Assembly (NCBI GenBank): GCA_024346625.1
Contig: AP024666.1
Coordinates: 1,922,001-1,986,000 of the forward strand
Source of the DNA: Williopsis jadinii
Taxonomy: Eukaryota
DNA length: 64,000 bases
Direction of reading: 5' to 3'
Shown here: positions 23,244-32,425 of the stretch, one piece after another
Numbering within the stretch: position 1 is the first letter of the stretch
Layout of the letters: the number at the start of each line of letters is the position of its first letter
Program-made: the position numbers and the translations under genes
Notes under the pieces: model-generated
What the model was told of the DNA's origin: nothing
Database searches by the model: none
Seen by the model: the letters and a program-made list of their open reading frames with translations, nothing else

Positions 23244-25280
23244 TCATGTCTTTCTCTGTAATCCAGTATTGTTGACCTTTGTAGCGAACCTCAAAGAGTT
23301 TATGGTCTCACTGATGTGCTTCTCTAACGGGGAAACGTTCACAAACATTAGCGTCTTTGAATCCTCCATCAGCGAGTATTGTAGAAGATACGTCAATTTG
23401 GAGTTTCTAAAGGGAACATGTTTAGAGCTTTCATCGCCAAGTGCATGTATAACATCCCCAAGACAGCTGAGCGATTTGTTGATGGCCTGGGTCTCCTTTA
23501 GCCTGTCACCGACAACTTGAGATTGTGCTATGCGCTCTGAGCCAGCAAGGTCGATCAAATTCAACACACTGGAATAACTCTCTTGTGTTGTTGGGTTTGT
23601 CACTTCAATGCGGATGATACAAACGGTATGGGACCTCGATGACCTCTCGTTGGATTTTGTCGTGGCAATGGACCTGTTTTCAAGTGCCCTGTGTAAAGTT
23701 TTGTTCATTTCTTCTGGTGATTCGAACTGTATTCTCGTCAAGTTTGTGATATACGTGGTTTTACTCTGTTGATCATGTTTAATCTCATGCTTCTGTTCAG
23801 AGCCGTTGATCAAGTCCATAATGGTCTCGTTATAAATTTGTAAGAATTCACCAAAGATCTTGAATTTATAATCTCTTGTCCGTAACTTATCACAAGTTTC
23901 AAATATCTGGTTCACCGTTAAGGGAATAATACCGTCTTCACTAGACATGGTATATGTCTTACCCGAACCTGTCTGTCCATAAGCAAAAATACAAACGTTA
24001 AACCCATAAAGTGCGCTTTGAACCAATTGAGAAATCTCTTCAAAGATCTCCGGGTTTGTTGATGACTGTTGAAACACTTTGTCAAAGTTGAAATGATGTC
24101 TCTTGATCTCACCGTTGGATGATGCCCTTGCTTTACTGTCCTCGATATAGATCTCTTGCTTTACTTCATCATTATCTGGAACTTGTACTCTGAGCATTGA
24201 TTCATTGGATTCAAATGGTAGCATGGGTCTTATGCGACAAAACACCCTAATATTTCCCTTCAACTCTTGAAGTTTATTATGAGCTTTACGTCTTTTCTCC
24301 TCTTCCAATAGCAATGCATCTTCATATTTTTTCGTCTGTGTCTTTTCAACTTCCAGATCAGTCTTAAGCTTGGAAATATTCTCATTGGTTAAATGAATAT
24401 ATTTTTGCATCTCTGAGTATTTCATCTCCAGTTCCTTCAAATCCGCTGACCGTTGTGAATTTTGGAGCTTATTGGTATCCAGTTCTTGACTCTTGGTGTC
24501 CTCCTCCTGCTTAAGCTCCAACAATTTGTTCTTTAACACTTCAATCTCCATTTCTACTTTTCCCAGTTCGGTATCTAAGGACTTTTCCTCTTCCTCCAAT
24601 TCTCCAAGATCTTTAGCCATGAAAGAACGCACTTCCTTTTCTTTCCTCTTCATATCGTCAACCAACTCCTTTAAGCTCTGTTCTAGCTTTACAGAGTCAG
24701 AATCCACATCCTCATTCATATCTTTCACCTGCTGTTGAAAATACAACTTCTCCTCTTGGATTTTGCCAACTTTATCAGCCAATATCCTTTCAATCTCTGT
24801 TTTGTATAACTTTTCCAAGTTGTACATAGCAGTGTCATTTTGGAGCTTCATCTCCTTGTACTTCAGCTCATAATGGCGTTCAGCATCTTTCTTGTTATTC
24901 ACAGAGTCGGTCTTTAAGGAGTCCATTCTATTGGTCAATATCTTTAGATCCCTTTGTTTGTCCACAAGGTCCTCTTCAAGAGTCTGGTGTTGAACTTCAA
25001 ACCTCTGGACCGTCGTTCTTAGCGTCATCGTCTCCCCTTTTATGGAGGACAAAAGTGACTCCTTCTGTTCAATCTCATCTTTCAGCGCCTGTAACTCCTC
25101 GCGACTGCTCATCCTCAGAGGATTGGATCTCCCCATTGGAGATGCCTTTGGAGATGGAACACCAGCTTCACCATCTCTCGGAGACTTGTAACCGTATAAC
25201 GTCATGTGTGACTGGGACTTCGTAGGTGTTGTGTGTGGCCTTGGAATACTCGAAGGTTTAGGTATGCTCTCGTCACTCAT
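23244..25280 (-). CDS. KAR3: Kinesin-14 (C-terminal motor) Kar3
   Basis: Coiled coil, then ELKGNIRVFCRIRP, AYGQTGSGKT, SSRSH, LIDLAGSE; first ATG at 25280. Confidence 0.95.
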   Translation of the reverse strand: MSDESIPKPSSIPRPHTTPTKSQSHMTLYGYKSPRDGEAGVPSPKASPMGRSNPLRMSSREELQALKDEIEQKESLLSSIKGETMTLRTTVQRFEVQHQTLEEDLVDKQRDLKILTNRMDSLKTDSVNNKKDAERHYELKYKEMKLQNDTAMYNLEKLYKTEIERILADKVGKIQEEKLYFQQQVKDMNEDVDSDSVKLEQSLKELVDDMKRKEKEVRSFMAKDLGELEEEEKSLDTELGKVEMEIEVLKNKLLELKQEEDTKSQELDTNKLQNSQRSADLKELEMKYSEMQKYIHLTNENISKLKTDLEVEKTQTKKYEDALLLEEEKRRKAHNKLQELKGNIRVFCRIRPMLPFESNESMLRVQVPDNDEVKQEIYIEDSKARASSNGEIKRHHFNFDKVFQQSSTNPEIFEEISQLVQSALYGFNVCIFAYGQTGSGKTYTMSSEDGIIPLTVNQIFETCDKLRTRDYKFKIFGEFLQIYNETIMDLINGSEQKHEIKHDQQSKTTYITNLTRIQFESPEEMNKTLHRALENRSIATTKSNERSSRSHTVCIIRIEVTNPTTQESYSSVLNLIDLAGSERIAQSQVVGDRLKETQAINKSLSCLGDVIHALGDESSKHVPFRNSKLTYLLQYSLMEDSKTLMFVNVSPLEKHISETINSLRFATKVNNTGLQRKT

Positions 25281-25581
25281 CTTGGGGATCCCTTCCGTTA
25301 CAAGCAGTTGAAAGAGGTTGAGCAAGTATCAAGTATGTTTTAAATGTTTGTTGATGTTACAGCGAAATGTAAACAAATAAGCCAATATTATGTAATCAAT
25401 TATGTTATAATTACGATAATTCTAGTTATTATATTATTATATCGATTATGTAATTGTGTCTCCTTTGCTTATATAATCATATGCTGTGGAAATTTTTCCA
25501 AACGCTATAGCATTTATGTCTCATTCATAAAGCTCATCTCATCTCATCTCACACTTCAAAATAGTCGATTGATTGTTCAAG

Positions 25582-26292
25582 ATGTCTAAGAAAACAGTCA
25601 CAGTGTCTCTCCCTTCAAAGGACTCTAAGGCTCCTCTTACTTCAAAGCGTACGAGGGATCTGGATGAAGTTGCTTCCAGCGACGAAGAAGAAGGTGTGTC
25701 GGACGATAGCGATGACCTTGACGATGAGATGGATTTGGATGCTGTTTCTTCAGAAGGTGAGGTAGAATCCAGTGATGATGATGGAAACGATGATGATGAT
25801 GATAGTGAAAGAGATGAGGATATCCCAAAGTTGAAAAAGAGAAAGAAAACCACAGATGATGGATCCTCATCGTTTGCGAGTGCAGTGAATGCCATCTTGG
25901 GCTCAAAGTTGAAGAAATATGATCGTGAAGACCCAATATTCGCACGTTCGAAAGTTACCATAAAGAAGGCAGAGAGTGAGAAACTGGAGGCAAAGGCAAG
26001 AAGAGAATTGCTTGCTGAGAAGAAGAAGATCTATGATAAGGATAGAGTCAGAGATCTCCTGCCAAAGGATGATTCAAATGCCAGAGCCATTTTGGAACAC
26101 GAGAAGAAGTTGAAGAAAATCGCACAAAGAGGTGTTGTTCGTCTGTTCAACGTGATAATGACGACTCAAAATAGAACCAGCTCTGAGGTATCACAGACTA
26201 AAGTACTGGATGGTGAAAAGAAAGAGAAACTGATCTCTGAAATTTCAAAGGAGAAGTTCTTCGATTTGGTCAAGGCTGCTGGTGATAGTTAA
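25582..26292 (+). CDS. RRP15: Ribosome biogenesis protein Rrp15
   Basis: Acidic N-terminus; EKKLKKIAQRGVVRLFN and EISKEKFFDLV; neighbour of KAR3 as in S. cerevisiae; PAC/RRPE-like motifs upstream (about 25487-25540). Confidence 0.9.
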   Translation: MSKKTVTVSLPSKDSKAPLTSKRTRDLDEVASSDEEEGVSDDSDDLDDEMDLDAVSSEGEVESSDDDGNDDDDDSERDEDIPKLKKRKKTTDDGSSSFASAVNAILGSKLKKYDREDPIFARSKVTIKKAESEKLEAKARRELLAEKKKIYDKDRVRDLLPKDDSNARAILEHEKKLKKIAQRGVVRLFNVIMTTQNRTSSEVSQTKVLDGEKKEKLISEISKEKFFDLVKAAGDS

Positions 26293-26350
26293 ATCTATGT
26301 TAAGTTCGGATGTTTTGAAATAATAGTATTAGTAAAGTTATGTACAAGTC

Positions 26351-27493
26351 TTAATCATCTTTCTCTGGTAATCCGTGGAGTCTTCTGATGGCCCAATTCA
26401 ACCCGTTAAATCTAACCTCTGGATCGCTCTTACCTTCAGTCTTTGTAAACTGCCTCCACCATTTCGGGTCGCTAAATCTCGTATCCTCTTCTGGGAATCC
26501 AATCTCACGTCTTATACGTGCCACCTGCTGTCTCAGTTCGTTGGCCAATCGTGATCTCAACTCCTGAGCCTTTTCGCCAAATCTCAACTCCTGAGTGAGG
26601 TCCTTTCCGTCCCCGTATTTCTTGACCAATGCGAGCCATTCCTCCCTGTACTTGTGAATAACTTCGTCGTCAATGGCCTTGGAGATATACATGTGGACCT
26701 CTGCACCGATATTGGACGGTAAAAACCGATTCATGACTCCTTCATCTTCAGCTTCAGGTGCAATCTTTTCAAAGCCGTGTGCAAACATTGGAACGATCAC
26801 CGGCTGTCTTGTGGATTCCAGGATAATACGGGTGATACCCCAATGGAAGTATCTCATGGAATTGGCAAAAGGGGCCTGGAGCTGAAGAACAAAGCCCTCT
26901 GGAAAAACGTGCAACCAAGAAGGTTTTGACCTTATCATCGGAGACAAGTAGTTCTGCTTCACTTTGTGGAACACTTCCTTCTCATTCAACCAGACCTTAT
27001 CAGTAGTTGAAGAACCGTCGTAGATCAAGTCCAGTGTATCATCTGGACTCATCACTCTAATTGCAGCATCGATACAACCTTGGAAAGGAGAGCCACCTAA
27101 CCTTTCAGTTCCAAAGATCTTCCCCAATGAAAAGAAATAACTCGAAGCCTTGTTGGCAAAGCACAGATTGCTAGCAGCTAACCCCCATCTAATGTCATCC
27201 AAATCGGTAAAGAACCTCCACGGTAAGAACCCCCACATAAACGGATCATCAACCACGGACATATGGTTCATCACAGTCACAAGGCCCCTATTCTCCTCAC
27301 GTGCTTTTGATAATGCCCTGTCCAAGTTCTCCAGCCCGTGGAGATGGGGTTCATAGAACAAGTTCAACACGGTCTTGGAGAACCCAACCACGGCCATACA
27401 CGTGGCTTGAGAAGCCCAATTCCACCACACGGATCTTCTTGGAAGGTCCGACAAGACATCATCACCACGCTCCAGTACCTGTGGAAGTGACAT
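26351..27493 (-). CDS. TAZ1: Tafazzin (cardiolipin transacylase)
   Basis: NHMSVVDDP (HX4D) and HVFPEG acyltransferase motifs; MRYFHWGITR. Confidence 0.95.
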   Translation of the reverse strand: MSLPQVLERGDDVLSDLPRRSVWWNWASQATCMAVVGFSKTVLNLFYEPHLHGLENLDRALSKAREENRGLVTVMNHMSVVDDPFMWGFLPWRFFTDLDDIRWGLAASNLCFANKASSYFFSLGKIFGTERLGGSPFQGCIDAAIRVMSPDDTLDLIYDGSSTTDKVWLNEKEVFHKVKQNYLSPMIRSKPSWLHVFPEGFVLQLQAPFANSMRYFHWGITRIILESTRQPVIVPMFAHGFEKIAPEAEDEGVMNRFLPSNIGAEVHMYISKAIDDEVIHKYREEWLALVKKYGDGKDLTQELRFGEKAQELRSRLANELRQQVARIRREIGFPEEDTRFSDPKWWRQFTKTEGKSDPEVRFNGLNWAIRRLHGLPEKDD

Positions 27494-28212
27494 TTGCCTC
27501 TACTCTTTCTCCTTGATCGGGTCCTCTTAATGTCTAATGGAGCAACTCGTAGGAAAAACACTATCTGGATAAATGTCCAACATACACATAAAAAGTTTTC
27601 TCGGGGGTGCCTCGCAACGCTGTGTGTGCATACGCATGGACATAATTGACGAGGAAACGGGTATTAAATCACGATCTCGGTATAATTTGACGAATTTGTA
27701 TGTGTTATGGGCCTATGTGAGGATACTGCTGGTGTGAGTACCTGAACGTTTTCAGAAGAATGTGTATTAGCTGTATTGTGCCTTGTCTGAGTAGTGAAAG
27801 TCCGGAGACTTAGGAGCCGACCCCAGGTTTCATTGATTCTGGTGCTATGTATCAACGACCAGGCTTATAAGACCTGTTAAATCGGCTTTAATGGTGGCTT
27901 TACGCAGTTAGTTCAATGATTTATCTATCAATTCATGTATATTGTGTATTTATTTTATGTTAGTAGAAGGAATAGCTGTAACATTAAAAGTTTTGAATAA
28001 TTTAACATGGACATTTTTGAAAGAAACCTTGAACAAAAAAATCCCAAAAAGTGACGAAAATCATTTGAAATTTCTCCAAAATGATCGGTAAAAGTTATTA
28101 TAAACATATAAACACATCCTGGTACATTGTAATTGGTATTTTATATTCAATATTTTGCTCCACGTCACTATTATGAACTACTTACACAGCACATATCTCC
28201 CACCGAGAAACA

Positions 28213-28286
28213 GGTCCCTTGGCCCAGTTGGTTAAGGCGTGGTGCTAATAACGCCAAGATCAGCAGTTCGATCCTGCTAGGGACCA
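28213..28286 (+). tRNA. tRNA-Ile (anticodon AAT), intronless
   Basis: GGTCCCT...AGGGACC-A acceptor stem, D-arm TGGCCCAGTTGGTTAAGGC, anticodon loop CTAATAA, T-loop GTTCGATC, downstream T-run. Confidence 0.97.
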
Positions 28287-29287
28287 TTCTTTATTTTTTC
28301 GTTTCGGCTTCACTTGGGCTTCATTTGGGTTGGTGTTTGGATGTATTGGACCCAATGCTTAGAGTACATCGTCTTGATGCTAATACGAACACAGATGGCA
28401 GCTACAAGACTGTGGTTCAAAAGCTACGTCACCCCACGTTGTATTGTTATTTACTATAGCACCTATCAAATAACTATTTGAATAATTGCTCATTATGAGC
28501 AATAAAGGGTGGCCCCTGCTATCCGCACAGAAGCGGACACTGATGTCCTCCGTCTAAAACTCATCGTTTAATAACTTCTGCATTGGCAGCTCCGGAGCAC
28601 ACTCAATTGGGACTAAAAGAAGTAACATTTGTACTACAATGAGTCGTATAGAGTCATCGTATAAGAAGAACAGCAAGAAAAGAAAATATTGGTGCAGAAT
28701 TCAACAGCTTCTGAGATCGTAAGAACAGCCAATCATTTACCGGAATTCATTATGATACCTATAGAAAGACACAAATTGTTGGGTAAAACAACAGAACATA
28801 CCTCTATAGGGGTTTATACGAGAATTTTCTTAGACGTCTCCCCCAGTGTCCGCCAAAGCAACTTACATGTGGAGTTTGAATTTGGATGCGCCTTTTCCTT
28901 TAAACGGTCACCTGAGGTCTGAATCTCAATGCAAATATCATTACACCAATAATAAAGGTGCATATAACCCCATAACCTGTACATAAAGAACGGCACATGA
29001 TCCAATTTATGACGTTATGCCTTGTCAGACCATGTCGTGAACTTTTCTAAACCGGATAAACTCTCGCACGGATTTATAACGTGCGTCTGTGATATGCACC
29101 TCCGGAAAAAACCCCCGTGGAGAAGTGAAGCGGCCACCTGTGGAGCAGAAATTTCGATCGACGTTTCAAGTTCAAATGGTTTCCTGTTGTCAAAGGGCTT
29201 GAGATTTACCACTTGAGCATTTGTGCTCAGAATTCGGAGAGCATTCCCATGAGTGGTGTCCAAAAACACTATAAAAGCAGCACAGGG

Positions 29288-30907
29288 ATGTCGTTGACAA
29301 AAGATGCCTCAGAGGACCAAGAAGACATCAAGAGTCTCACGATGAACACTAGTTTAGTTGATTCCAGCATTTACAGACCATTAGTCCATCTAACGCCACC
29401 AGTGGGGTGGATGAACGACCCTAATGGTCTCTTCTACGATTCATATGAATCTACCTACCATGTGTACTACCAATACAACCCAAACGATACGATTTGGGGA
29501 TTGCCTCTATATTGGGGACATGCCACCTCTGATGATTTGTTAACGTGGGACCACCATGCGCCTGCAATTGGACCTGAAAATGATGATGAGGGTATTTACT
29601 CTGGATCTATAGTCATAGACTACAATAATACCTCAGGGTTCTTTGACGATTCAACAAGACCAGAACAGAGAATCGTTGCCATTTATACCAATAACTTACC
29701 AGATGTCGAGACGCAAGACATTGCCTATTCCACGGACGGTGGTTATACTTTCGAAAAGTATGAAAAAAACCCAGTTATAGACGTCAATTCGACCCAATTT
29801 AGGGATCCGAAGGTGATTTGGTATGAGGAAACTGAACAATGGGTCATGACTGTGGCAAAGAGTCAAGAGTACAAGATCCAGATTTACACCTCTGACAATT
29901 TGAAAGACTGGAGTTTGGCCTCGAATTTCTCAACCAAGGGTTATGTTGGTTATCAGTATGAATGTCCAGGTCTATTCGAAGCCACTATTGAAAACCCAAA
30001 GAGTGGTGACCCAGAGAAGAAATGGGTTATGGTCTTAGCAATCAATCCAGGCTCACCTCTTGGTGGTTCCATAAATGAATACTTTGTTGGTGATTTCAAC
30101 GGTACTGAATTCATTCCAGATGATGACGCTACAAGATTTATGGATACTGGTAAGGACTTCTATGCCTTCCAAGCGTTCTTCAATGCACCGGAGAATCGGT
30201 CAATTGGAGTTGCCTGGTCATCGAACTGGCAGTATTCCAACCAGGTTCCGGATCCTGATGGATATAGAAGCTCCATGTCATCAATCAGAGAGTACACTCT
30301 GAGATATGTCAGTACGAATCCAGAATCTGAACAGTTGATCCTTTGTCAAAAACCATTCTTTGTGAACGAGACAGACTTGAAGGTGGTTGAAGAGTACAAG
30401 GTTTCAAACAGTTCTTTGACCGTGGACCACACGTTTGGAAGTAGCTTTGCAAACTCCAACACCACTGGACTGTTGGATTTCAACATGACTTTCACGGTTA
30501 ACGGTACAACTGACGTTACGCAGAAGGACTCCGTCACCTTTGAGCTCAGAATCAAATCTAACCAAAGCGACGAGGCAATTGCGCTTGGTTACGATTACAA
30601 CAACGAGCAATTCTACATCAACAGAGCCACAGAGAGCTACTTCCAGAGAACCAACCAGTTCTTCCAGGAGAGATGGTCCACGTACGTCCAGCCTCTCACA
30701 ATCACCGAATCTGGTGATAAACAGTACCAGCTCTACGGATTGGTTGATAACAACATCCTTGAGTTGTACTTCAACGACGGGGCATTCACATCCACAAACA
30801 CCTTCTTCTTGGAGAAGGGCAAGCCATCAAACGTCGATATCGTGGCAAGCTCCTCCAAGGAGGCTTACACCGTGGACCAGCTGACTGTGAGACGTCTCAC
30901 TGTTTGA
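29288..30907 (+). CDS. INV1: Invertase / beta-fructofuranosidase (GH32); start at ATG 29288 or 29342
   Basis: WMNDPNG, FRDPKV and YECP catalytic motifs; many N-x-S/T sequons. TATAAAA at 29270-29276 makes the exact start uncertain. Confidence 0.95.
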   Translation: MSLTKDASEDQEDIKSLTMNTSLVDSSIYRPLVHLTPPVGWMNDPNGLFYDSYESTYHVYYQYNPNDTIWGLPLYWGHATSDDLLTWDHHAPAIGPENDDEGIYSGSIVIDYNNTSGFFDDSTRPEQRIVAIYTNNLPDVETQDIAYSTDGGYTFEKYEKNPVIDVNSTQFRDPKVIWYEETEQWVMTVAKSQEYKIQIYTSDNLKDWSLASNFSTKGYVGYQYECPGLFEATIENPKSGDPEKKWVMVLAINPGSPLGGSINEYFVGDFNGTEFIPDDDATRFMDTGKDFYAFQAFFNAPENRSIGVAWSSNWQYSNQVPDPDGYRSSMSSIREYTLRYVSTNPESEQLILCQKPFFVNETDLKVVEEYKVSNSSLTVDHTFGSSFANSNTTGLLDFNMTFTVNGTTDVTQKDSVTFELRIKSNQSDEAIALGYDYNNEQFYINRATESYFQRTNQFFQERWSTYVQPLTITESGDKQYQLYGLVDNNILELYFNDGAFTSTNTFFLEKGKPSNVDIVASSSKEAYTVDQLTVRRLTV

Positions 30908-31502
30908 CGAATACGCACGTGAAAGCTATATAAGGGATCACGTGGTCTAGCCACCCCAGTCTAAAAGCTTCAGCAAACCGCCACTATATAAACAGACAGG
31001 TTTGTCACTTTTCAACAAAACAAATATGCTTCTTCTTTTACCCTTCAGCGTAGTTTGTACGAGTGCTTTTTTCAATTATATATACAACAACGTGAGCTGC
31101 CTTTGGATAGCAATCAACAGCGCTCTCTTTGTTGAAGAGAACCGGTTGCCCGTGTTATCCCGCGTATCCCCGGTTATCGAAAGATGAGATATAACTTAAC
31201 ATTCTGCTGTCTCTACCATTATGCTGCCTTATGCAGCTATATGTAGTAATGTGCTGTATTTGCTGTAGTAGTGGGTAAGAAGGAGAGAGTAGTGGTCCGT
31301 TTCTATGGATACAAGAGGGATCCAGCCGCGCTCTTCCGGTGAAATATGGTTGGTTATACAACTGAGGAACTATCAAGAATACATTGATCATTATAGTACT
31401 CTGTGAGGAGTCTGCATGAAAGCCACCTTATGTTGGTTGCCAGTTCATTGGATCTGCTCCAGCTTCTTCCATAAGATTTTCAGTCTTCTAATTCCTCTTC
31501 TA

Positions 31503-31574
31503 TTCTGACTTTCTTGGTCGTCCTCGTCCTCTCTTCTGTTCTGACTTTCTTGGTCGTCCTCGTCCTCTCTTCTT
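31503..31574 (-). repeat. 36-bp tandem duplication encoding AT-hooks (KRGRGRPRKSE)x2
   Basis: TTCTGACTTTCTTGGTCGTCCTCGTCCTCTCTTCT(G/T) occurs twice. Confidence 0.9.
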
Positions 31575-32339
31575 CTCAACCTTGGAAGGATTTCTATTGG
31601 AAGCACCCGCGACCCTCTGGTTCTTCTTAGTCTTCTTTTTGATGCGCTGCATAGTGTCGTGATGCTCTTTTAACACTTGAACCGTCTTCAGGAGAACCGC
31701 TTTGTTGAATGTCTTCACCGCTGACCTGGAACTTTGAGACGTCGTCTTGCGTATGATACATCTATTGGCCTTTGACAAACAGCTCTGGTATCTGAATACT
31801 GGTGGGCAGTAACTGGAATTCGTCTTTGTACTATCTTGATAGAGAACCTCTTTGGCAAATATCGACAAGGATGGGATAAGGCGTTGGCCGTTGTGTGCCC
31901 TTCTCATCTTCACACAAGTAATATGAGGACATTCGAAGAATGTATACGCTTGCTTGTGACAATGGGAACAGTTGTACGTAGCCTTTACTTCCATTGTACC
32001 CTCCTTTGAGATGGAGCATCGCTTCTCAGTAACAACGGCTGTTCTGGTTCGCAATTGATAATAAACATAAGCACGAAAGTTGATAAACGAATCACATCTT
32101 CCCATCTTCTTTGTATAAACTCTCAACACCTTTAGAAGCTCATCAAGAGACAAATCACAGTCCCACGATACACTGTGTTTGTGAGTCTCCATATCTGTTC
32201 CAGGTAAACTCTCATCAACGGTTACACTGGTCTCTTTGATATTTAGACAAGACGAAGTAATGATATTTGTTGAGTACAACAATAAGCCATAGTTTGTGAG
32301 CACCTCGACATATTCTGGTTCTTCCTCTTCATCAACAGA

Positions 32340-32425
32340 GTCGCTTGTGTCATCTAAGTCGCTCGTGTCATCTAAGTCGCTAGTGTCATCTAAGTCGCTC
32401 GTGTCATCAAAATCGCTCGCGTCAT
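32340..32425 (-). repeat. 18-bp coding minisatellite (DDTSDL)x~4.8 in the transposase
   Basis: GTCGCTNGTGTCATCTAA repeated units. Confidence 0.9.

Noticed and set aside
28133..28459. 108-aa ORF
   Set aside because: It overlaps the tRNA-Ile gene, starts at TTG and has no protein-like features.
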